The notes under the pieces were generated by a model that was given only the letters and a program-made list of their open reading frames with translations, did no database searches and was not told the origin of the DNA. A stretch of 64,000 nt of DNA from Ionaspis alba (lineage: Eukaryota), in NCBI GenBank assembly GCA_964255285.1, contig CAXUUL010000012.1, positions 1 to 64,000 on the forward strand. Direction: 5' to 3'. Positions within the stretch are counted from its first letter, which is position 1. Each line of letters opens with the position of its first letter. Below are positions 54,409-64,000 of the stretch, one piece after another. The translations under genes were made by a program, and so were the position numbers.

Positions 54409-56785
54409 TCAATCACACCGTAAGCATAAGCTGCGCTGACATCTGAACCCTGGCGTACCGCATCGGCGGTTCTGCGCAGAGTTTCGAGGCATGGGCGTTA
54501 CGGGCACAGATGAGCTAAGCGGCATGGAGAGTTCGTCATCGCTGAAGTCTCCCAAGAGTGAGCTGAACGAGGATTTCTGGGCTACACTGTTGATATTCCG
54601 TTTTCTTTTGGTCGACGAAAGATTTCTTTTTTGGGACGACGTGGCGTGCGTTGGGGAGGGCAGAAATATGGGTCCAGGCATAGAGAGAACGTCTTCCAGC
54701 TCATCCAATAAAGATTGCGACTCTTTTCCGCGGACTACCAGCTCAGAATGGCACCCTCTCCCTTCGGAAAGGCTGTTAACCCGCTGTGGTGTCTCAGGAC
54801 TAGTCTCCGTTCTGCTGTACAGAATCCTTCGCCGCACCTTGGGAACCGCTGAGAATTGAAGCTTCTTTGTTGTCGATCTCCAGGTTGACTTCTGAAAGAG
54901 CTTTCGATGCCTCCTTTTACGTTTTAGCTTAGGTCTTCCCGTATGCTCGATAGATGCCGCTAGCTGCTCCGAATTATCTATCACGACTCGGGGGAACAAG
55001 CCACGTTGTTCGTTCTCGGAGGTCATGTCCCGGGGTGGATTGGAAATAGACTGCACCTCCGATTCTTCCATAGGAGTTGTGCTCATAATTGAACTGCTTA
55101 TAGTGAATTTTTTTCCACACATCGCGTCCTTAGAGTCACTCTCGACTAAGGATAGTGCTTGATACTCGCATTGTATGCCATCTGTAAAAGTGTCGGGTGC
55201 TGCTCGTTGGCCTAGCTCCTGGCATTCCACCCCTGAGTCCTTGCTTATTGGGATTGCGAACATCGGATCTCCTCTAAGCATGTCGTTGGTGGTCTTCTCT
55301 GAAGTCGACGTTCTCTCATGCTGATCAGGCTCTGGGGATTGACACCCTTGCTCAACTACTCCTTCATCACTGATTGGAATGCCTGAGCGTTCCATCTGAG
55401 TGTTGCGTTTAGTTAGAATAAAGGTCGTGGGGGAACTTTCCGACGCTAAAGATCTCACAGTTTCTGAATGCCCCGAAACCCGTAGTGGTCGGAGCTGCTC
55501 CACAGATTCTTTGTTCTCTTCGGCGAGTAATGCATGGTCATTCTCATTGAATCTCAGATAATGCGGATCTTCCCATCCAACAAAAGAGCGAACGCTGTCC
55601 CCTCGCTGTCGCTCCAGCTTTTTCTCATCTATGGTATTGGTCAGCTTCGGGAATGTAGCGCCTTTCAAGCCACTTACACGCTCTTTTGTTGTAGGCGTGA
55701 CGCACAAATCGTCGTCTTTCATCCGGATCAGATATTTTCTTGTCCCAGTATTCAAACGGGGATTGTTTGGGGTGAGCATGAACGCCGTGATCGATACTTA
55801 TAGATGGCGAGGACAATCTATCATCTGTGCACATCTTCAATGGCTCTGAACCAGCATTTTGGTATTCAGGCAGCTTTTGTAACTTCGACTTAGCTCGATC
55901 GGTAGCTAAAATCTGGATTCGAATGTCTTCGAGCATACGACTCGTGGCCTTCTTCAGTAACATACTGACTTCGGGACTCCAAGACACCCGCTGGCGCCCC
56001 TTCCTGTTAAAGGTATTCATGGCCCAGAGAGACTGTCCGGGAAGGGACGATGATATCAAGTTCTCTGAGTCGTCACTGATGTACAATTCTTCCTCTTCCA
56101 TTGGCTCGTCCTCATCCTGTAAATGGCAAGTTGATGGTGGGATGAATGGCACTTGCCACTTAGGATCGATGGTAGCATTCTCTATTTCCCGTGGAGGAAG
56201 CCGTTGGTGTCCTAAGTGTTCTCGATCAGGACTGTAAGGATATCTTGAACCTCCTCCATTACGAGCACCGTTCTTTCGCAGGCGAGCAGGAGTAGATAGT
56301 GAATCATGCTCTGTCCAAAGAGTTGACTTTCTTTCGAGGTCAACATCTGCATGAACCTCATCGCGCAAACATTCTTCGTACTCCCATACCTCTCCCATCT
56401 GCATGGCTGTGTTGGGATCTGAACGATGCAAGCTGGGCGACCCTAAGTCTCGGTGGCTAGCTCTTTGTCTAAGGTCGTTAAGCAATGATCCATCCACAGA
56501 AAGCGCAGTGGCTTCTGCAGGACTTGTGCTGGGGAGGCCGTCCGCATGATCCACAAAGCCGATATCCTGCTCATCTCGCATAGAACTGACATGTCCATTG
56601 TCAACAACAATTTGACCAGTCTTCAGATCAATTTCGTCTCCTACGCCACTGAAGTCCTTGCCAAATTTCTCAAAAATTGCTTCAAATCTGGATTTTAGTC
56701 GTTGATCATTGCGAGCTCTTCTCTGCTGTAGATCACGATGTTGACCTTCAAAGCAAGTACGCTGTCGCTTCAGTGGTGGCTCCAT
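54409..56785 (-). CDS. SCM3: Scm3-domain (CENP-A chaperone) protein with long low-complexity region and C-terminal Cys motif; intron 55629-55677
   Basis: RARNDQRLKSRFEAIFEKFGKDFSGVGDEIDLKTGQIVVDNGH is the Scm3 signature. A GTAAGT...GCTGAC...TAG intron joins the two ORFs. Ends CGTPGFRCQRSLCLRCD. Confidence 0.82.
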
Positions 56786-57072
56786 AGTTCCGGGTCTTGA
56801 GGAACTATGAAAGTCGATAGCATGTATTGAGGAATGACAATTTTCTTCAAGTGCAAAGCTAGGGCGCAATGCATTTCTGTAATGCTCGGGACATGTGAGT
56901 GAAGTCGAAATGGAGATCAGTTGAGAGGAGTCCGTCGCGTGCATATTATTGAGACGCGTGATGGGAGCTATCTCGGTTAAGCTAATAAATATGCCAAGCG
57001 TCGTCAGTGTTCCGCTTAAACTTCAGAGACGTGGATGATGTAGCAGACACCGATATTCTAATAATCAAGGTC

Positions 57073-58705
57073 ATGAATTGTCAAAAGTGCCGAGCACCGC
57101 TCAGACTAGATCAATCTCTGGTAGATCTCAACCCAGCTGCCTATGATCTCCTTGTAGGTATGTGCAGTAACCCCAAATTCTTGGTCTAAACTCATTAGAA
57201 ATCCTACAGGCTCCAATGACAGAGTAATTGATCATGGACTCACCTCATCACGGCCGCCCTACCCCGAAGAGAGAGGAGACACCTACAGACATGCATCCCA
57301 AACCTCTACGCCACCTATCTTCAAGCGCAATGCCCCGCCTCCGCGGCGAGCAGGTCCACCGCAGTCGGCAAGCCTCCCACACCGAGCAGGGCCAAAGGAT
57401 AACACAGCAATGTCCTTCGTGATGCTGACCGAGTCACAACTTACTCCGCCCCTAGTTCCACAGCAACCCGCTGCAAGCAATGGATCTCCCAGGATTCAGG
57501 CTCAAGCACCCAAACCTATCAGTCAAGTGGCAGAACAGCCACTTCAGTCCTCTTCCCACAAAATCGAAGCAAATACACGCCTATTTGAAATTCTGTCATC
57601 TCACTCTGATATCGACCACCCCATCTGTTCAGAATGTACTGAGCTCTTGCTCTCCTCACTCCAAGCTCGCCTCTCCGCCTCCACGAAGGAACGTGATGCA
57701 TATATAGGCTTCCTAAAGGAGCTGAAAAACAATGTACCTAGCCATGCCGAAGTTGCGAAGGCTGAGGCTGATTTGGCATCTGCTCGATCGTCAGAGAAGG
57801 AGGCGTTCTCGGAGCTGCTACAGCTGGAGAAGCAGGTAGCTACATTAGAGGACGAAGCTGTAGCTCTCGAAGCCGAGTCCCGTACCCTGGACGAGGAGGA
57901 AGAAGAATTCTGGCGCTCTCGCAATGCTTACATTCTAAAATTGTCTTCTTTTCAAGCCATTCGGGATGCGCTGAATGTTTCCTACGATCATGACAGCCAG
58001 CAGCTTGAAAGGCTACAGCGGACCAATGTCTACAACGACACCTTTTGCATCGGTCACGATGGCAACTTCGGTACGATCAACGGACTAAGACTCGGGAGAC
58101 TGCCGCCGCCGAACAATGTGGAGTGGGCTGAGATTAATGCTGCCTGGGGTACAACTGCCCTGCTTCTCGCAACAGTCGCAGACAAGCTGGGATTCGCTTT
58201 TCGTGGGTATCGGATCAGACCAATGGGCAGCACTTCCCACATTGAGCGGTTCGAGCAGCCTCAAAATACCTCTGCTGGAAGTTCTACTGCATCTACAAGA
58301 ACAGCACCAAGCGGCTCTGCCACAAACTCTACTGTGCGTAGTCAACAGCAATCGAAATCTTTGAACCTGGAGCTCTTCTCATCCGGTGATCTGCCCCTTG
58401 GTCGTACGATTCTACACCGCCGCTTCAACGATGCCATGGTGGCGTTTCTGGAATGTTTACGCCAACTGGGGGAATTCGTTGAAAACGGTGAATCTGAGCT
58501 TTCATCGGGCCAGCAGCAGGGTGGACTGAAACTACCATACAGAATCGAGAAGGACAAGATAGGAGGCTTGAGTATCAAGCTGGGCATAAGTCAGGACGAA
58601 GCATGGACGAGTGCATGCAAGTACACCTTGACGTGCTGCAAGTTTCTATTGGCGCACGCGAGTAATGTTGCAGGTGGTGGAGGAACTAGGAGATATGTAC
58701 CCTGA
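57073..58705 (+). CDS. ATG6: Beclin-1/Vps30 autophagy protein; one intron (about 57158-57209)
   Basis: MNCQKCRAPL, MSFVML, DIDHPICSEC, coiled coil, LQRTNVYNDTFCI, FGTINGLRLG, EINAAWG and WTSACKY. Confidence 0.96.
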
Positions 58706-59001
58706 TTGACGTTGGACATGCGTGCTGGATCGGAATGAGGGGAGAACCATGGCGATAGCGGATTAGGCTTACAAATGATATGACCAGGAGATTCCCAGGG
58801 ATAGAGGCAGGTATGATGTGGGCGTACTCCGTCAATCAATCGATACACAAGGCTTGGGACCCTTGGCTCCTCCTGCATTATACTAGAACAATACATACGA
58901 AAGAACTTTTGATCACTTCTTCCACCGTACTCAAAATGAAATCTCTCTTGTATGAAACGAACCAGTCGCTTTATAGACACAACTACCCATTCCAATGCTG
59001 C

Positions 59002-61458
59002 CTACGACCATGTCTTCACAACAGTTCTTCTTTTTGATAATGGTAGGTGGCCCTGAGCCCCTCACGCCTCGAGCCCTTGTTTGTATCGCCTCGCTGATAC
59101 ACAATCAGGAAGTCGTTGGGACAAACCTAACATATCTGTGAGCAAAGCTTGTGATGGTTGAATTGTAGAAGACAGACCATAACCAAGCTTCTAACATTCT
59201 CAATGTTTTCAATGCCTGGGCAGGCCCCATTATTGGGTGATATCTTATCCGCAAGCTCAGGGGAAGGTGGCCTGCACATGAATTTGACATTACCATCGCA
59301 TGCAATTTCTCCATTACCTGGGGTGTTTTCTGTATAGACACAATTTCCGGTGGTGCGGCCAATAGTGCCTAACTTTCCTGGCGCTTGTCGCAATGGTTTG
59401 TCTGCGCGGATATTATCAATCCGGCCCATTGTCGGGTCGTCGACTGTCCATATGGGATTCAGGGGTAGATCGACACTATTACCACAGCCACCGTCAAGGC
59501 TCTCGGCAAAATCGGCTCTTGCGTTGTAAAAATCATATGTTGGTTGGCCAGTTTTGGGAGGGACATTCCAGATCACGAGCATGTTATTTGGTAGATTTGG
59601 TTCAGGCTTCGGCGCCGGGTTTGGTGCTGCGGTGGATGAAGGTCTAGCTTTCGAGGTTGATGATGGCATACGAGTGGCGCAAGCAACGGTCCCTGATATC
59701 TGAGTCGTCGGATAACCGCTGTTATCGTTACAAGTACAGGACGTAAAGACGCCGGTCGGCGCTCCGGCTTGAGTGAAAGTATTACTGGAGGCTTATATCA
59801 GCAGAGCTCAAGGGGTTCATAGCTTCTCTAAGAATCTTTACTCACGTCACGAATGAACAAGAGGTTACCGAAATTTGGATTGGGTAAGAGATCAAGGATA
59901 TCAAAATTGTAGATGTTGGTATAGTATTCAACGCACAAGGTGAAGACGTCGAAGGGATGGTGCTGTAGGGCTTGGAATCCCCGTGATCATTACATACGCA
60001 CCAAGACTCTGGAGAAGCAACAGGCTTCCCTTGGAAGTTCTTGCCATGGGTATTGACTGTACAGGAGGGTATTGGTGCCATTGTGACCGCAGATGCGGCA
60101 ATGATAGAAGCGAATATATCTTGCCGAGCGTCCCAGAACTCCTTATCATAGGGATGTGGTCCATGATACGGTATCACATCCAGACATGCACAACCCTTCT
60201 CCGGTCCCTGTCGAACTGTCAGCTTCCCATTTTGGAGGTGGCAGATTACAATCCCTAATTTACCAAAGTACACACATGCTTGTCTCCTTTACAGTCGTTA
60301 TCTTCGCAGAGGGGCTATTAGCAAGTTAGTACCCTGATATGCCCAGCGAACAGACTGACTCACGGAATCTTGGTCTGCCGGCTTAGATGGATCGCACATC
60401 TGTTTCGTCGACGTGGGTGTTGGTTTCGGCGCTGCTGGTGGCAGTGGTGCTGGTTTTGGCTTAGGTGGTGCTGGTTTTGGCCCAGGGATTGTAGGAGGGG
60501 TCCAAACGTCTCCGTTTAGCAGTCTTATTTTTGGGTTCAATTTAATGCTCTCTATTGTGATTCCTGCGATAGTGAAGAATATGACAAACTTGGCTGTTTG
60601 TTCCACCGTAAGTCCTGTTTGAATTGCTTCAAGCAAAACAACAGGGGCGTTCTCTGATATCTTCAGTTTGAAGTCGGCTAGACGAGCGTATAAATTGTCA
60701 AGCTTCCCTTCGTCTTTTGCGAACTTCAGAGATTTTTGGACCAAGCAGGTCAAGACTAACGCATCGATTGTTAGTTTCTTGTGCCAAAGTCGTGCATTGC
60801 ATGGGAAACGGAGTTCAGGAGTTCTGGAGTTCTGGGCCCGAATCATCTTGTACGACTATGACTGCACGTTGGGGAAACTCACGATCATTATTCCCGCGTT
60901 TCATTTTTTGAGCTGATCTACAAGATGTGACAGCCTCTTTGGCGGATGTTTCAATATCATGGAGCAGAGCTTCAGGGAGTATCACGCTGACTGCTCCAGG
61001 TGTTAGGCCGTTTACCGAACTAGTCTCTGTTGCTACCGCGATGACAACAGTGCTTACTGCTGTTGTCGGTTTTTTGTTGATGGTGGTTGTCAAAGTCTCC
61101 AAGGTCAGGTACTCGCTGTTCGTTCCGATATACTTCCGACTGTCAACAAAACCAATATATGAGTACAGCAATAGGGGTGCTGTAGGACTACCTTGACTGA
61201 ATTACCAACAGATTGGAGAACAAAGGTGTCTTGTCCCTGTATTTGTCCGATATATTGAGATACTTGGGTCAGACCAGAGATTCCAGAGCCAACGGGGTTG
61301 ATGCCAATCTGCCCTGTCGCAGTCGGCACAATAGCGGCATTATAGGTCTTGATAACATGCTTGTCGGACTGTGATGAGGTTGAAAAGCTGGGCTTGGTCG
61401 CTGCTGCGGTGATTGCTAATAAGAATGCGAGGAGCTCTACTAGATAAGTAGCATACAT
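59002..61458 (-). CDS. Predicted secreted Cys-, Thr- and Pro-rich multi-exon orphan protein; 3' end uncertain
   Basis: Signal-like MYATYLVELLAFLLAITAAA. Successive ORF blocks are linked by plausible introns, with PKPAP repeats and Cys clusters (CEDNDC, GCAC, WCVC, CTC). Confidence 0.6.
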
Positions 61459-62750
61459 TTCCAGGATACAGTGCTCTGCAACAATGTAAAAGACGAGTAG
61501 AAATAATCCAGTAAATCGGAATTGGTAGGAATATTGGACAAGATATGTTATCAAGGACGTTCACAGCCCCCATGATTTTTGTAAGAAGTTGGACAGTTTG
61601 AGCTTGTTGGAGATCGCGATCAAGACCCGTAAGTTCTATTGGATTGTTAGCAACTCAAGAAGGCGTTGAGAAGACTGTTTGTATATGACACGGTAAACGT
61701 CGTGTCTCTCGTGGCCTGTGATAGTGCCTGTTGGAGTCCTCCTGGAGAGTGTTTTCTTTTGCCACCCTCATGGAGAACAAGGCACTGTATATAGGCAGAA
61801 ACAATGATTGCGTATCATCAAGAGTTGTTGATAAGTTGTCAACGCTTCCGAGACACCCAAAGGAAACGCCCCGAACTCCCGGAGTTGGCGGCGGCACGCG
61901 GGATTTCTGGCGATTGGAGATTTGTGATTCGGCTTACGAGGCGCGGCTACTAGAAAGCCTTGTTAGTGTTTTCTATGCTGGCGCCTAGCGCTTTCCAACT
62001 GTTGTAAACGAGATGAAAGGCAAACCCTTTTAGATCATTTGCCGCCTCGAGGCGCTTGCCAACATGGCGACTTCACAAATCGCTTGCGCCTCTTTCAGCA
62101 TGCCACAACCCCTTGCCAGGCAGGGCAGTAGGTCTGCAAACTGTTGGATGCGTAGCGTCGCTTTCAACGTCCATCTCAAAAATCACCTTACCACCTGGCT
62201 AGGATACGTGATTGTCACTTCCATAGGCCAGAGATAACTGCTGTAGTGATGCCTACGTTTGCAACATACTTTGTTTCGTGCTCGGTCTTGTTTGATCCCT
62301 CGTTATTACCCCTCCATATCGCATACAGTCGTGATTTCAATATTGAACTTGCTGTTATACAATATTAAGAAGACCAATACAGTGATGCTTCATATCTATA
62401 TCTTATTGGTACGCTCTGAACTGTTGGTGTAAAAGTGAGCAACAGCGAGAGTGTTTCATCCGATCTAAACCTTTATTTTTATTTTTAAATCTGAGTTGAA
62501 TAACAATAACAGTGTTTGTAAGGTTGCAAACTACACTGCCAGCAGATAGAGCTATCTATAATTCAAGGCGTATCGATCAATCGATGTTAAGCAATAAAGT
62601 ACTGGCTTGTCCCACAATTTGCATACTTCTATAACGGTCACATTCTGTCTATCTCTAGTAAAATCTCCGTGTCTGCCTGGTCGCAGCTTTTTGATATCTT
62701 TATTTCCAATTATACGTGCGTATATTTCTAACAATATGCATGGACAAATC

Positions 62751-64000
62751 ATGAGTCTTTGCGTGACATTCCTCATATATTTATTTAATCTTAGCCATGC
62801 GTACTACATTGACAATTCTTGTAATCAAGGTAGGCATTTCTGTCTTATTATATATTCTTTTTTCTAATATTTGCTTGAAGCCCAGGTGCCATTTATTAAA
62901 GATGCTCTAGAGAGTGCTCTTACTATGGCAAACATTGCAGTGGAGATGGTGGATCAAGAACCGCATACACGAGAGGCGCAGAGACTGTTGATCAATTTGT
63001 TTGGTCCAGATCTACAGTTTGGGAAAGGTACAATCGTAGGTATGAACATTCAACCTTATTTGTTCTGATGTAAATCAATGTCTGATTACACAAATAGCGC
63101 GTTTGAAAGACTTGACCACAGATATAGGCACAGAAGTCACAGGAACAAACGCAATTGGTAGAAGAGACGTGGTAAGACAGCATTACTCTGTATTCCGCAG
63201 AGATATACAAAAACATTTGCCGTTAATCACGAGTCCAGAAAATCTATTGCAATTTGGAAAGATTTCGTCCAGCACGAGCGAAGGACATGTTATATGACAC
63301 AGGTCTGATCGCTTATCTTTTTCTCTACCCTGTGCAATTCCCAGGATACTAACTTTTTTCATAGATGTTCGTGCTGATGTCCCAAAGACCGTGAAAATCG
63401 ACTGTGAACCACCCAAGAAATTCGCTATGCAAACCTTCGTTCTGCCAGACAAACGTCATAGCCAGATCCAGATCTGTCCCTGGTTTCTTCAGTATGTTCT
63501 TGGGCTAAAAATTCGAACTAAAAAAGACATCACTCCTCTACTTTGGGCTGGTTTGGCAAAATTGATGGGTCCAATCGTGAAACGGCGCTATACCCCAGTG
63601 GATCTTGCATCTCTGTTTGATACAACTATGCTTCATGAGGTATTTGATATGGAAAACCTAAACTACTCAGATAAAACTGATCGCAGATGCAGCTCACTCA
63701 CACACGGTCTGGGGGCGAGACGCTTGATGTGGAAATAGAAGGGAACACAGCCTACGGTAATAAGACTTTATGGTCCAGACTATACAGGAGCTAATTCGAT
63801 ATAGGCTGGAAGAACTGCAGGAAGTTATCCACAATTGTGACAGATAGAACAACAGAAACATATGGGCCGGACTTTAATGCCGGTAATTGTTCGTGCTAAA
63901 TTATTTTCAACAAATTTGCTGATTAAAGAACCAGAATCATACGCTCTATTTGGAACATGTAAATATTCAAACTATGTTTGCGGATTGTGTTCATGTTCTG
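62751..64000 (+). CDS. Secreted HExxH zinc metalloprotease, M35/aspzincin-like; truncated by the window end
   Basis: Signal MSLCVTFLIYLFNLSHA, YYIDNSC, IQICPWF, then spliced TMLHE|LTH, D...AYG|WKNC and NA|ESYALFG. Confidence 0.75.

Noticed and set aside
55625..55779. Apparent frameshift between the two Scm3 ORFs
   Set aside because: A canonical 49-nt intron (55629-55677) joins the frames.
61130..61200. Apparent frameshift in the secreted orphan gene
   Set aside because: A 59-nt GT-AG intron starting at 61191 restores the frame, so I did not call a pseudogene.

Overview
A 64-kb window from an intron-containing filamentous ascomycete (Pezizomycotina) genome, with short GT-AG introns, CTRAC branch sites and one 100-N scaffold gap at 12052-12151. 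It is mostly a dense housekeeping region: Zn2Cys6 transcription factor, ERG10 thiolase, Snu114, Cia2, AlaRS, TAF2, ValRS, CK2-alpha, RNase P p30, Atg14-like protein, DUF1295 protein, TFIIS, NDUFAF7, cysteine synthase-like protein, Scm3 and Atg6, several in tight head-to-head pairs. Accessory genes are interleaved: a HeLo-like/SesA-type N-terminal domain plus ankyrin gene, an F-box-like gene with a decayed tandem paralog, an RCR-type PY-motif membrane protein, secreted orphan proteins and an M35-like HExxH metalloprotease. The most notable items are (i) a Zn-finger-headed STAND-like P-loop NTPase plus PD-(D/E)xK nuclease gene resembling Crinkler/RHS-type effectors (40672-42991), and (ii) a ValRS mitochondrial presequence that can only be reached from a non-AUG codon. 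Gene models were spliced by eye and family calls rest on remembered motifs, not database searches. I saw no rRNA, tRNA, CRISPR array or recognisable transposon.
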